Shown here in pieces: positions 36,001-45,306 of a stretch of 64,000 nucleotides of DNA. Positions within the stretch are counted from its first letter, which is position 1; each line of letters starts with the position of its first letter. The notes under the pieces were generated by a model. It searched no databases. It saw nothing but the letters and a program-made list of their open reading frames with translations, and was not told where the DNA came from. This stretch comes from an uncultured Lentisphaeraceae bacterium (GTDB lineage Bacteria > Verrucomicrobiota > Kiritimatiellia > RFP12 > UBA1067): positions 31,271-95,270 of the forward strand of contig CAYZYQ010000001.1 of assembly GCA_964482645.1 (NCBI GenBank), written 5' to 3'. The position numbers were made by a program, and so were the translations under genes.

Positions 36001-36684
36001 TGGGTACGCGCGTTGGCGGCGAATGGAAGACTCTCCGTCGTCCGTCTGACGAACGCGGCGGCTTTGGACGCGGCGTTGACGAACGGTACGTGCTTCGCCA
36101 TCGTCAATCCTTACGGGGAGTATCTGCCGACGGACGGGCCGCAACGCTGGCTCGCGCGTCTGGCCGCCGTACGGCGCTATGTGGCGCACGGCGGGAACTG
36201 GGTTGAGGTCGGCGGGGCGCCGTTCTTCGGTGCGACATGGCGTAACGCGGACGGCACGTGCGCGGGCGAGGCGGTCGGCGCGGCGGGGCTGCGGAAGCTG
36301 GGTGTTGCCGTGCGCATGGATGACATCGACGAGCCGCCCGTGCCGTTGAAAGTCGCGCCGAGGGCGCACGGCTTTTTCGCCGACGATTTGCGGACACGGA
36401 TCGAAGCGGCATCGTCCGCCGTGAATCGCGGTCTTCTGGAAACGCCCGATGCGACGTTGGAGCCGTGGATTGTCGACGGCGACGGCCGTGTCTGGTTCGG
36501 CCGTCATCAGCTCGGCGGCTGGGGGGCGCTCTGGCGGTTCGGCGGCGCGAATCCGAATCGCGAACTGGCGCCGGCGGTACTGTCCGCCGCGTTGGCCCAT
36601 GCGTACACGCACGTGCCGCCGCCCATGCCGGCCAATCGCCACTTCGTTGTCCGGCGCGTTGCGCCTGAAAAATGCGAAGACTGA
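33064..36684 (+). CDS. large secreted protein of unknown function with internal domain duplication
   Basis: Signal peptide MKGRKIAVFACWAKRSLGAGCVAWAFVCGGA; AGGAG RBS; two homologous segments (LFILNPYGELFPVDREENYAAGLDRVRAYVQAGGNWLETGGYSFYAA vs FAIVNPYGEYLPTDGPQRWLARLAAVRRYVAHGGNWVEVGGAPFFGA); 1206 aa. Confidence 0.65.
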   Translation: MKGRKIAVFACWAKRSLGAGCVAWAFVCGGADGVSFDARTGAMTVAQDGRTLWTSGEQGLWRIHFRDGSSLSAADFATNGVAGGAFKMTGDGADVRLDWRSSRADVTVVAVPSADGVAFDLRAEVTPKTGESLMFDFPARLRFPADDVAEFIYPGRGNSGLGLAFNAKYFQPSPPGSPRSWNAVQKGGAGYARLYGRGLKMQPMDAEPVPLRVTDEGRTWFSSNAVARLAKWKRPVIRPSAAGQSDLVLIDSELGPYLSAKRFGGTGALWRFGVADGSSAWMTVPPAETFAVRQLLPRLAERTPARRTVALIALAGGPKVGGFVRATVDDWRRALRAALPRGCVYEELRTVAALHRALASQDHLFILNPYGELFPVDREENYAAGLDRVRAYVQAGGNWLETGGYSFYAALVGGRYHAMTVPYPPLFADFAQLATCTGGRVALYGVQPRPPHEPWQNPRPFIPGETGVGGDDAGGWYVHAFAAYAKAGETVRTPAVRVRVGGTLDTALADYAAANSFTTPLAAKFRDLTVLEKFKRAPLLHLHATAQEAKTLLDNLPIPTLYHPSCYLKGGFDKEYPDHLPPKAWYGTLADLQELYRVARAKGHLVSPYTNPTWWCDHPRGPSFLAAGEAPLAIGLNGKPYYERYAKNDGWKITFWHPDVQKANRKTVREFTQDAPVDLLFQDQCGARTWCWDFNAASPSPMAYFEGMLSMNEEDSRVVPLGTEDGWDHCANLQAAICGCTWRTVPTEGGLQRTLFKEEIAPDSWRFEPIGLRLFHDKSLFYMHDLGAFVTNERVLSWMFAFGYNLSLAGSAKDFAPGTPRRIWYDWLHVLQSQVVSRIAGQPLVRFHHDRAPLLARAGFDPTDKTDDGVVTAQWGDVSVVANLGDIPRAVAGRRLAPYGWWIEGPGLTAGYLEGARPFVETSAGRWVYAEDPAFAPVHPSPAERTQPASVRPDAPRTVGVIDFGPGLRAAWTKCSPGDWVRALAANGRLSVVRLTNAAALDAALTNGTCFAIVNPYGEYLPTDGPQRWLARLAAVRRYVAHGGNWVEVGGAPFFGATWRNADGTCAGEAVGAAGLRKLGVAVRMDDIDEPPVPLKVAPRAHGFFADDLRTRIEAASSAVNRGLLETPDATLEPWIVDGDGRVWFGRHQLGGWGALWRFGGANPNRELAPAVLSAALAHAYTHVPPPMPANRHFVVRRVAPEKCED

Positions 36685-36770
36685 GATTTCCACTTGCGAC
36701 TTTGCGTCAAAAGCCCTATAATGTTCTGAAACAAAACCCCTACAAAGGATTTAACGTAAGAGGATTCAAT

Positions 36771-37352
36771 ATGAAAAAGATGCTGATGGGTCTCTGTGTG
36801 TTGGCTTGTGCCGCTGTGTCCGCGCAGGATGCGGTTCCGTCTCCCGAAGCGGCGCCGGCGAATCCGCCTCCGGCGAAAGTGTCCTCCGAAAAAGCGGCGT
36901 GGCCGGTGTGGCTGGCGTTTAATTCGGCGAAGGACATCGATGTGGTTGGTTTCCGTTTCACGCTGCCCTACGGTCAGTGCGAAAGCGTCACGGGTCTTGA
37001 CCTCGGCATCTACGGCCGTTGCCGCTATTTCGAAGGGCTGCAGGTCAACGTGCTCCGCAACGAGGCCGAGGATGTGTTGTCCGGTATCCAGCTTGGCGTC
37101 TACAATACGGCCGGCCGCGCGGATCTGTTCGGCGTCCAGGTTGGTCTTTTCAATGAAGCGCGTACGATTCGCGGTGTCCAGGTCGGCATCATCAACCTCG
37201 CCGAGCAGGTGGAGGGCATTCAGGTTGGTCTGATCAACCGTGCGGAAACGGCCTACGGCTTCCAGGTTGGCGCGGTGAACGTGATTCGCGAAAGCGAACT
37301 GACGTTCTGCCCGATCGTCAACGTCGGGTTCGATATTTTCCCGAACTACTAA
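36771..37352 (+). CDS. secreted GxQxGxxN surface-repeat protein (LA_2272-like family)
   Basis: Signal peptide; at least five tandem about 20-aa units with G(I/V/F)Q(L/V)G(V/L/I/A)xN core (GIQLGVYN, GVQVGLFN, GVQVGIIN, GIQVGLIN, GFQVGAVN); AAGAGGA RBS. Confidence 0.6.
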   Translation: MKKMLMGLCVLACAAVSAQDAVPSPEAAPANPPPAKVSSEKAAWPVWLAFNSAKDIDVVGFRFTLPYGQCESVTGLDLGIYGRCRYFEGLQVNVLRNEAEDVLSGIQLGVYNTAGRADLFGVQVGLFNEARTIRGVQVGIINLAEQVEGIQVGLINRAETAYGFQVGAVNVIRESELTFCPIVNVGFDIFPNY

Positions 37353-37367
37353 TCTAGACGCACGCGC

Positions 37368-38573
37368 ATGAACGTCCGTCCTTTTTCCGCCCTGCGGCCG
37401 TCCCCTGAAAAGGCGGCGGCCGTGGCCGCTGTGCCGTATGACGTGGTGGATGCCGCCGAGGCGAAAGCCTTGGCCGCCGGGAATCCGGCGAGCTTTCTTC
37501 ATGTCTCCCGTCCTGAAATCGACATGCCCGACGGCACGGATGGTTCGTCGGATGCAGCCTACGCCCAGGCTCGCCGTGCGCTTGATGCCTTGCGGGCGGA
37601 CGGTACGCTTGTCCAGGATGCCACGCCGCGTTTTTACGTCTACCGTCAGATCATGGGCGACCATGCGCAGACGGGGATTGTGGCGACGTTCGACACGCAG
37701 GACTATCTCGCGGGCGCGTTGAAGCAGCACGAGAAAACGCGCAAGGACAAAGAGGACGACCGGACGCGCCACATCGAAACGTTGCAGGCCCACACGGGGC
37801 CGGCGTTTCTGACGTACAAGGACGTTCCTGAGATCGACCGTCTCGTGGCGGATGTCTGCGCGGCCGCGCCGCGTGACGACTTCACGGCGGCGGACGGGAT
37901 TCGTCATACGACGTGGGACGTGCCTGTCGCCCGTGCGGCCGAGTTGGAAGGGCTGTTCGCCCAGATTCCCGTGGCCTACATTGCGGATGGTCACCACCGC
38001 AGTGCGGCCGCGAGCCGCTACGCCCGCGCACGGGGGTTCGCGGGCGAGAGCCGCTGGTTTCTGGCGGTGGCGTTTCCGGCGTCGCAGTTGAAGATTCTGC
38101 CTTACAATCGGCTCATCGCCGATTTGAACGGCTTGACGGCGGGCGAACTGCTCGCGGCGGCGAGGCGGACGTTTACCGTGACGGAGGCCGCCGACGGTGT
38201 GCCGGCGGCGGGACGTCACGCGCGAATGTTCTTGGATGGGCGTTGGTACGATCTCGCATGGGATGTGCCGGCGGGGACGGACGTTGTGTCTGCGCTGGAT
38301 GTATCCGTGCTGCAGGACCGTTTTCTCGCACCCGTTCTCGGTATCGACGATCCGCGTACGTCGCCCCGCATTTCGTTCATGGGTGGCGTCCGTGGCTTGG
38401 ACGAGTTGAAGGGGCGCGTCGTGGACGGTCGTGCGGCGGTGGCATTTTCGATGTATCCCGTCACGGTGGGCGAGATGATGGACATTGCCGACGCCGGCGC
38501 GATCATGCCGCCGAAGTCGACGTGGTTTGAACCGAAACTCCGTTCCGGGTTGTTCGTTCATGTCGTGGATTAA
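37368..38573 (+). CDS. DUF1015 family protein
   Basis: N-terminus MNVRPFSALRPSPEKAAAVAAVPYDVV matches the DUF1015 consensus start; 401 aa. Confidence 0.7.
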   Translation: MNVRPFSALRPSPEKAAAVAAVPYDVVDAAEAKALAAGNPASFLHVSRPEIDMPDGTDGSSDAAYAQARRALDALRADGTLVQDATPRFYVYRQIMGDHAQTGIVATFDTQDYLAGALKQHEKTRKDKEDDRTRHIETLQAHTGPAFLTYKDVPEIDRLVADVCAAAPRDDFTAADGIRHTTWDVPVARAAELEGLFAQIPVAYIADGHHRSAAASRYARARGFAGESRWFLAVAFPASQLKILPYNRLIADLNGLTAGELLAAARRTFTVTEAADGVPAAGRHARMFLDGRWYDLAWDVPAGTDVVSALDVSVLQDRFLAPVLGIDDPRTSPRISFMGGVRGLDELKGRVVDGRAAVAFSMYPVTVGEMMDIADAGAIMPPKSTWFEPKLRSGLFVHVVD

Positions 38574-39060
38574 GCGCCAGTGGGTGCGCCTCCGCGTGAA
38601 GATGTTGCGCGAGAAGGCGTCGCCGGAGTTCATCGCGCGCGGCTGGGCGATCGGCATGTTCTATGGGTGTACGATTCCGTTCGGCCTTCAGCTGGCGTTG
38701 TCGATTCCCACGGCGTTCATCCTCAAGGGCAGCAAGATCGGCGCGACGTTCGGGACGCTCCTCACCAACCATTTCACGATTTGGTTTATCTATCCCGCCC
38801 AGTGTTGGGTTGGGAATCGTCTGCTGGGCGGCGAGTTGTCGTTCGCCAACATCAACACCGCGTTGAAGGACGTGCTCACGGAGCAGAGTTGGGAGGCGTT
38901 GTTGCAGTTGGGCGGCGACCTCTGTTCGGCATTCCTGTTGGGCGGCGCGTTGTTGGCGGCCGTGTGTGTGCCGTTGACTTACTGGGGCGTGTTGCGTTAT
39001 GTTCGGCTCATGCGGGGACGTAAGGCCGCGACGCGCCAGAAGGACGCGCGGCGTGTCTGA
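38560..39060 (+). CDS. DUF2062-like small membrane protein
   Basis: MSWIKRQWVRLRVKMLREKASPEFIARGWAIGMFYGCTIPFGLQ start typical of DUF2062; two or three TM helices; overlaps upstream stop. Confidence 0.6.
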   Translation: MSWIKRQWVRLRVKMLREKASPEFIARGWAIGMFYGCTIPFGLQLALSIPTAFILKGSKIGATFGTLLTNHFTIWFIYPAQCWVGNRLLGGELSFANINTALKDVLTEQSWEALLQLGGDLCSAFLLGGALLAAVCVPLTYWGVLRYVRLMRGRKAATRQKDARRV

Positions 39061-40123
39061 CGCGAATCCGTTTGCCGAGCGCCTGTCGGATCTGTCGGCG
39101 CGAATCCGGCGGCGCCGGTTGGATGTCGCCGTTCTTTTCGGCGAGGCCAACATCCGCGCGTTGACGGGTCTGGTCTGCGACAACGGTTGTCTCGTTGTCA
39201 CGGCGGCGGGGGCGGTCGTGTTCGCGACGGATTTCCGCTATGTCCCGATGGCGCACCGCGTCGCGCCGTGGCTTGAGACGCGGGAACTGCCGCGCAAGTC
39301 GACGTTCGCCGATTTTGTCGGGCGTCTGGGGCGGGGGTGGACGCATTTGGGTTACGAGGGAACGCTCGATGTGCGCCGCTATCTCCAGTTGGTGAAGAAA
39401 TTTCCGGCGGCGAAGTTTGTTGATGTCGGCGACGACGTGTTGGCGTTGCGCGCGGTGAAGACCGTGGATGAGATTGCGCGGATTGCCGCCACCGAGGCGT
39501 TGAACGATGAAATCTGGGCGCGGGCGCAGGACGACATCAAGCCCGGCATGACGGAGAAGGACATTCAGCGCGTCATTCGCGCGTGGATGAATGCCCTGGG
39601 CGACGGCGAGGCGTTCGAGACGATTGTCTGCGCGGGCGCGAACGCGGCCGAGTGCCACCACGTGCCGGACGACACGGTGTGGCGCACAAACGAGCCGTTG
39701 CTCGTCGACATGGGCGTGTTGTTGGATGGGATGCATGCCGACATGACGCGGAACATCCGTCCGCCCAAAGGCGCGGATCGCCTGTACGACAAGATCTACA
39801 ATCTGGTGTTGAAGGCCAATCGCGCGGCCATTGCCGCTGCGCAACCGGGCATGACGACCGGTGCGCTGGACAAGGTGGCGCGGGAGATCATCGACCAGGC
39901 GGGCTACGGCGCGGCGTTTGGTCATTCGCTGGGGCACGGCGTCGGCTATGAAATTCACGAGTTGCCTGTGGCGCGGCCGGATGACAAGACCGTGCTCGAA
40001 CCGGGGATGTTCGTGACGATTGAGCCGGGAATCTATTTGGAAGGACGGCTTGGGGTTCGTATCGAGGACCTTGTGCTGATAACGACAACGGGATGCGAAG
40101 TGATGTCTCACTCCGCGAAATGA
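39053..40123 (+). CDS. pepP: M24 family Xaa-Pro aminopeptidase
   Basis: Pita-bread fold metal ligands ([56 protein letters not shown]); probable GTG start overlapping upstream stop. Confidence 0.85.
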   Translation: MSDANPFAERLSDLSARIRRRRLDVAVLFGEANIRALTGLVCDNGCLVVTAAGAVVFATDFRYVPMAHRVAPWLETRELPRKSTFADFVGRLGRGWTHLGYEGTLDVRRYLQLVKKFPAAKFVDVGDDVLALRAVKTVDEIARIAATEALNDEIWARAQDDIKPGMTEKDIQRVIRAWMNALGDGEAFETIVCAGANAAECHHVPDDTVWRTNEPLLVDMGVLLDGMHADMTRNIRPPKGADRLYDKIYNLVLKANRAAIAAAQPGMTTGALDKVAREIIDQAGYGAAFGHSLGHGVGYEIHELPVARPDDKTVLEPGMFVTIEPGIYLEGRLGVRIEDLVLITTTGCEVMSHSAK

Positions 40124-40134
40124 GGATGATGAAC

Positions 40135-40647
40135 ATGAAAAAAGCGACGATTGAAACTTCGATGGGCAGCATCACCCTGGAACTGGACGAGGCGAAAGCC
40201 CCCATCACGGTGAAGAACTTTTTGGACTACGCGGCGAGTGGCCACTACGACGGCACGATTTTCCATCGTGTGATTGACGGCTTCATGATTCAGGGCGGCG
40301 GGTTCACGAAGGAGATGAACCAGAAGGCGACGAAGGCGCCGATCAAGAACGAGGCGGCGAACGGATTGGCGAACGCGCGCGGCACGATTGCCATGGCGCG
40401 GACGATGGTGGTTGATTCCGCCACGAGCCAGTTCTTCATCAACCTTGTGGACAATGGCTTCCTCGATTATCGCGGGCCTAGTCCGCAGACGTTCGGCTAC
40501 TGCGTTTTCGGCAAGGTCGTCGACGGCATGGAAGTCGTGGACAAAATTGGCAAGGTCCGCACGGGGTTTGCCGGACCGCACCAGAACGTCCCCGAAGAGC
40601 CGATCGTCATCAAGAAAGTCCATGTGGCCGTTGCGCCGCAGAAGTGA
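40135..40647 (+). CDS. ppiB: cyclophilin-type peptidyl-prolyl cis-trans isomerase
   Basis: [15 protein letters not shown] and GTIAMAR cyclophilin signatures; 170 aa. Confidence 0.9.
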   Translation: MKKATIETSMGSITLELDEAKAPITVKNFLDYAASGHYDGTIFHRVIDGFMIQGGGFTKEMNQKATKAPIKNEAANGLANARGTIAMARTMVVDSATSQFFINLVDNGFLDYRGPSPQTFGYCVFGKVVDGMEVVDKIGKVRTGFAGPHQNVPEEPIVIKKVHVAVAPQK

Positions 40648-40662
40648 CGGGCCGGTCGCGCC

Positions 40663-42882
40663 ATGGCGGGCGGGGCGGTGAAAACGGATGCGCTTGAGAC
40701 GGTCGACGGAACCGTCAAGAGCGTTGTTTTTCGTAACGACGATACGGGGTTCACCGTCCTCCACGTGGTGACGGAGGAGGCGCGGTTTCGTTTGGGCGCA
40801 CGGGAGACGACGGTGCTGGGTACGTGCGCCGCCGTCTGGGAAGGTGAGGAACTCCACGCCGAGGGTGTTTGGGTGCAGGATCCCGTACGTGGGCGGCAGT
40901 TCAAAGCGAAGACGATTGCCTGCATACCGCCGAAATCGACGGAGGGGATTCGCCGTTATCTCGCCAGTGGATTGATTAAGGGCATCGGCCCCGTGTTGGC
41001 GAACCGCATTGTCGATACGTTTGGCGCGGACACGTTGGATGTCCTCGACCACCACTCGGGACGCCTCTCCGAAGTCAACAAGGTGGGGCCGCGCAAGATT
41101 GAGCAGATTCGGAAGTCCTGGCGTGACGCGCGGGGGATGCGCGAAGTGATGATTTTCACGCAGACCTACGGCATCTCGGTGGCGAAAACGACGAAGATTT
41201 ATCGGAAGTACGGACCTGATTCCATTGCCATCATCAAGGCCGATCCCTATCGTCTCTGTCGGGACATCTGGGGAATCGGTTTCGCAACGGCGGATCGCAT
41301 CGCCACGAGTGTCGGTCTGCCCATGGATTCACCCCTCCGTGCCCGCGCGGCAATTCTCCACACGTTGCGCGTCGAGGCCGAAGAGGCCGGGCATTGCTGG
41401 ACGTCCGAACCCGATCTGCTCCTGCACGCGCAGGAACTCGTCGGCATCTCCGTGGAAATCCTCTCCGCCGCCCTTGCGGTGGAGGTTGCCGAACGGCGCG
41501 TTGTCCGTGAAGACGACCGTCTCTATCTGTACGAACTCTATGCGGCCGAAAAGAGCGTGGCGGCGAGGATACGTCGTCTGCTCGCGACGCGCCCGGCTTT
41601 CGCGCCCATCGATCCCGACAAGGCGATTCCCTGGTGGGAAGGGCGGACGGGGTTCACGCTCGCGCCGGCGCAGATGCGGGCCGTGCGGACGACGTTGCGG
41701 TCGAAAGTCGCGATTGTCACGGGCGGTCCGGGCGTCGGCAAGACCACGATTATTCGGGCGCTTGTGGATATCTATCGCGCGCGCGGCGGCGTTCATGCGA
41801 TCAAGACGCTTTTGGCCGCGCCGACGGGCCGCGCCGCAAAGCGAATGTCGGAATCGACGGGCGCGGCGGCCCAGACGCTCCACCGACTGCTCAAATACAA
41901 TCCGCAGACGAATGAGTTTACGTTCAACGCGGAACGTCCGTTGCCGGGTGACGTGTTCATCTTCGACGAGATGTCGATGGTCGACATTCGCTTGATGCGT
42001 GATCTCATGGTCGCGTTGCCGGACGAAGCCACGCTCATTCTCGTGGGCGACACCGACCAGTTGCCGTCCGTCGGCCCCGGCAACGTTCTGCGCGACTTGA
42101 TTCGCAGTGGGGCGATTGCGACGTCGCAGTTGACGGAGATTTTTCGTCAGGACAGTTCGGGGTTGATTGTCCGCAACGCCCACCATGTCAACGCGGGCGA
42201 GGGGTTGGAGACGCGGAGCGGCGAGAGCGATTTCTATTTCGTCCCGCAGGAAGACCCGGAGAAAGCGCTTGCCGCCGCGCTCGATCTTATGACGGTACGT
42301 ATTCCGCGCCATTTCCATCTTGAGCCGTTGCAGGACGTGCAGGTACTCACGCCGATGCGGCGCAATTTGCTGGGGGCGGAAAACTTGAACACCGTCATTC
42401 AGCAACGATTGAACGGCACAGGACCGTCCATTCCGCGTGGTGGTACCGTGTTCCGTGCGGGCGATCGCGTGATGCAGTTGCGCAACAACTACGACAAGGA
42501 TGTCTACAACGGTGACGTTGGATTCGTGCAGAGCGTCGATTCGGGCAATCGGTCGCTCATCGTCCTCTTCGACGGGCGGCCTGTGGAATACGGCAGTGCG
42601 GACCTTGATGAGCTGACATTGGCCTACGCGACGACGATCCACAAGTCGCAGGGCAGCGAATATCCCGCCGTCATCGTCATTCTGCATCGCCAGCACTACA
42701 TGATGCTGCAACGCAATTTGCTCTACACCGCGATTACACGCGGCAAGAAGCTCGTCCTCGTTATCGGGTCGGGTTGGGCCGTCAAGAAAGCCATCGAGAC
42801 GAACACCGTCCGCGAACGGCGTACGTCCCTTGCCGACCGTTGTGCGGTCACACCGCCGGGCGGGCTTCCTGCGGAATCATGA
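40663..42882 (+). CDS. recD2: RecD2-like SF1B ATP-dependent DNA helicase
   Basis: N-terminal OB/HhH region (GIGPVLANRIV), Walker A GGPGVGKTT, VFIFDEMSMVD, C-terminal 2B/SH3 and motif VI (ATTIHKSQGSEYPAVI); 739 aa; last about 40 nt form repeat copy 1. Confidence 0.85.
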   Translation: MAGGAVKTDALETVDGTVKSVVFRNDDTGFTVLHVVTEEARFRLGARETTVLGTCAAVWEGEELHAEGVWVQDPVRGRQFKAKTIACIPPKSTEGIRRYLASGLIKGIGPVLANRIVDTFGADTLDVLDHHSGRLSEVNKVGPRKIEQIRKSWRDARGMREVMIFTQTYGISVAKTTKIYRKYGPDSIAIIKADPYRLCRDIWGIGFATADRIATSVGLPMDSPLRARAAILHTLRVEAEEAGHCWTSEPDLLLHAQELVGISVEILSAALAVEVAERRVVREDDRLYLYELYAAEKSVAARIRRLLATRPAFAPIDPDKAIPWWEGRTGFTLAPAQMRAVRTTLRSKVAIVTGGPGVGKTTIIRALVDIYRARGGVHAIKTLLAAPTGRAAKRMSESTGAAAQTLHRLLKYNPQTNEFTFNAERPLPGDVFIFDEMSMVDIRLMRDLMVALPDEATLILVGDTDQLPSVGPGNVLRDLIRSGAIATSQLTEIFRQDSSGLIVRNAHHVNAGEGLETRSGESDFYFVPQEDPEKALAAALDLMTVRIPRHFHLEPLQDVQVLTPMRRNLLGAENLNTVIQQRLNGTGPSIPRGGTVFRAGDRVMQLRNNYDKDVYNGDVGFVQSVDSGNRSLIVLFDGRPVEYGSADLDELTLAYATTIHKSQGSEYPAVIVILHRQHYMMLQRNLLYTAITRGKKLVLVIGSGWAVKKAIETNTVRERRTSLADRCAVTPPGGLPAES

Positions 42883-42890
42883 ACGCGAGA
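42859..42890. repeat. direct repeat copy 1 (core GGGCGGGCTTCCTGCGGAATCATGAACGCGAG) at recD2 3' end
   Basis: 32-nt core identical to 54352-54383 and with 1 mismatch to 57799-57830; flanks partially similar. Confidence 0.8.
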
Positions 42891-42926
42891 TGTCGATGTC
42901 CCGCGTGTAGTGTGATCCGGAACCAA

Positions 42927-43322
42927 CTATCGCGAACTCAATGACTCCGGTAACCAGATGTCTTCCCAGAAGAACGTCGGAAAGAAGTCGATTGTTTCGC
43001 TTGAATGCGAAACCGAGTTTCCCCAGATGCCGAGCGTGAAGCAGTCGGCAACCCCGTCGACAATGCGCACGGCGCACATGACGGCGCCGGGGACAATGCC
43101 GAAGACGCCTCCCAAAAAAGCGCCTGGCTCGGCGGCGGATTCATATCCCCTGCCGCCATAGTACGATATGTCCCTGACGATTTCGCCAGGACTTGTGACG
43201 ACGTTCACGAGTCCGCGGCCGACGCCGGTGGGCGGCGGCCATCCAAATTCATCCCCGTCCTCGCTGGCGGCAAGGCACGCCAGCGTCGTGCAGGCGCATA
43301 TCAGCATGCAAAGCTTTCTCAT
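42927..43322 (-). CDS. small secreted/lipoprotein, possibly exosortase-associated TIGR04073-like
   Basis: Signal peptide with LAC lipobox; GRGLVNVVTSPGEIVRDI segment resembles the conserved core of TIGR04073-family small proteins; last gene of the operon. Confidence 0.45.
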   Translation of the reverse strand: MRKLCMLICACTTLACLAASEDGDEFGWPPPTGVGRGLVNVVTSPGEIVRDISYYGGRGYESAAEPGAFLGGVFGIVPGAVMCAVRIVDGVADCFTLGIWGNSVSHSSETIDFFPTFFWEDIWLPESLSSR

Positions 43323-43337
43323 CTCATGTTTCTCCTG

Positions 43338-44165
43338 TTAGGCAAACTCGACCCGGGCCTTTCCAAGGCATTTGCCCTCGGTGGTACGAATCAGCGCCGT
43401 CTTGACCTTCGTGACTGTCATGGTGTTGTCCAGGGGGTGGGCGCCTAGGCCGTAAACAATGTGGAGGTCGGAATTGATTGGATCTCCAACGAGATCCCAA
43501 GTCACTTCGCAGCCTGCCGTCCGCCCGTCAAGCAGTTTTTTGAATTGCCGCCGAATGTCTGTCAGTTTCGCCTCGTCGTCGCGGAACAATGTGTAGAGTT
43601 CGACGTCAAACGCCTTGAAGCGGTTGGCGAACGCAATGTTGTTGTTCCTTGCAGAACTGACGGCTCCGATGAAAAGAGACACGATTCTCGTCGCGTCAAG
43701 GTTGCCACCCAGTTCCTTCCATATCGGCAGAACCTCAAGATGCAGGTCTTCGGGGATGAACGACGGCATCGGTTCGTTTTCGATTCTATAGCCCTTTCCT
43801 CGAAGCGCAGCGCATTCTATTGCCGTCTTCTTCAACTCGTTCTCAAGTTCGGCGATGCGCTCCCTGAGCCGATCCGCCTCTGAAGGCCTCGGCGGCTTCG
43901 CGTCGCGCTCTGCGAGTGAATGGTGTGAAATCCACTCCTGCCGGTTCCAGATTGCGCAGAGCTTTTGGAGACCGTCGGGCATGACTGCGCCTGGATGCTC
44001 TGAAAGGGTACGGGCGATGTCGGAGTCGGAGAGTCGCTTGTTGACGAAGCGCACCGCGAAGTCCTTGCCGATTTTTTCTTCAAGGGCGTCGGCGACGACG
44101 CACACCTGCCCGTCGTCGATCAGCCCTGTTTCGACAATGCGTGAAAGTACAGTGGTCAGGTTCAT
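43338..44165 (-). CDS. hypothetical protein (central coiled-coil)
   Basis: 275-aa ORF with lower-GC codon usage consistent with neighbours; 4-nt overlap with upstream gene; no recognisable motif. Confidence 0.5.
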   Translation of the reverse strand: MNLTTVLSRIVETGLIDDGQVCVVADALEEKIGKDFAVRFVNKRLSDSDIARTLSEHPGAVMPDGLQKLCAIWNRQEWISHHSLAERDAKPPRPSEADRLRERIAELENELKKTAIECAALRGKGYRIENEPMPSFIPEDLHLEVLPIWKELGGNLDATRIVSLFIGAVSSARNNNIAFANRFKAFDVELYTLFRDDEAKLTDIRRQFKKLLDGRTAGCEVTWDLVGDPINSDLHIVYGLGAHPLDNTMTVTKVKTALIRTTEGKCLGKARVEFA

Positions 44166-45286
44166 TCCGCATCAACCCCCGCATGAGACAGACATTTCGG
44201 TTCACCGTTTTTCGGCAGGCACATGACATACGCTGAACGGGCGTAGGTGATTCTTCTCGCGTTTTCGTTGCCCTCATGGATTTCCTTGTCGAAGTCATCG
44301 CCTTTTTTCGGCCAGCAAACCGAGATCGTGCAGTCGTCGCGCTTGCCGGCCATTTTGCTGTTCAGGTATCTTTCCACGCGTCTGCGGCATTCCTCCAATG
44401 TGTCTCCGCTGCCCATGGCCTTGGCGAAAGCATTGTCGAATGCCCTGAACCGTTCGACGAAGACATCCCTGTCAAGGGATCCCGTCAGAAGCCACATGAA
44501 GGAGTAGGCGCATTGAAGCCTGCGGCGTGAATCCTCGGAGTCGTCCGCATCCTCCCGATAGCCGAAGAGGTCGCACACATCCTTCGGCATTGCCTTTTCG
44601 ATTTCCAAACGCACTTTTTCAAGTTCGTCCTCGCACCCGGCCCTCACCTGCTCTATTTCCTCATTCTTCTCTTTGAGAGCCGATTCGTACTTCTGCCGAA
44701 TTTCCTCGATTTCGGCCTTATGCTCTGCCTCCATGGCGTTCTTTTCGGCTTCGCAGTTGCCCTGCTCCGTGGAAACTGTCTGCTCCATCGCCACCGCAAT
44801 GTCCATCTTGCGCTTTTCTTCCAGGCGGCATCTTTCATCGTCAAACGCCTTGCGCTCCGCCTCAAGCGTTTTCTTGGCCTCACACGCTTCCTCAAAGTCC
44901 TTCCGCGCCGATTCTTCAAGGCGCCTCTTGTCGCACTTCAACGCTTCGACCTCTTTATTCAGCGCTTCGACCTCTTCATTCAGATCGGCATTCTCCATGC
45001 GGTATCTTATTGTGTCGTCCAGAAGGAGGGAATAGGTCTTTTTATGCCGTTCAAGCTCCGTTTCAAGTTCGCGTTTCTTCTCATCGTTCAGTCTGTCGAC
45101 CTGTTCGTATCGGGCCTTGATTGCGTCCTTGATTGCATTCAGGCTGACGTTCAGGCTGGCGAGAACCTTGTTCGCGACTTTGTCGCATATGTTTTCGATC
45201 AGAATCTCGTCCGAAGAAGGTGGCTGGGAGGCCGTGGATGGAATCTCGGCGGCTTCGCTTTTGCTGGAAGTGTTTTCATCGGTCAT
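44162..45286 (-). CDS. coiled-coil protein, Glu/Lys-rich
   Basis: About 250 aa of heptad-like E/K/L-rich sequence (ELETELERHKK..., LNEEVEALNKEVEALK...) followed by globular Cys-containing C-terminal domain; 20-nt gap to upstream gene. Confidence 0.55.
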   Translation of the reverse strand: MTDENTSSKSEAAEIPSTASQPPSSDEILIENICDKVANKVLASLNVSLNAIKDAIKARYEQVDRLNDEKKRELETELERHKKTYSLLLDDTIRYRMENADLNEEVEALNKEVEALKCDKRRLEESARKDFEEACEAKKTLEAERKAFDDERCRLEEKRKMDIAVAMEQTVSTEQGNCEAEKNAMEAEHKAEIEEIRQKYESALKEKNEEIEQVRAGCEDELEKVRLEIEKAMPKDVCDLFGYREDADDSEDSRRRLQCAYSFMWLLTGSLDRDVFVERFRAFDNAFAKAMGSGDTLEECRRRVERYLNSKMAGKRDDCTISVCWPKKGDDFDKEIHEGNENARRITYARSAYVMCLPKNGEPKCLSHAGVDAE

Positions 45287-45306
45287 GTTCCGTCTCCTCT
45301 TTTTCT

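Noticed and set aside
42723-42926. Short minus-strand ORFs containing HDSAGSPP(G/R)GV (42723-42926, 54234-54503, inside 57675-58262)
   Set aside because: These similar peptides arise only because each ORF reads through a copy of the direct repeat in the same frame. They are antisense or intergenic and not credible genes.
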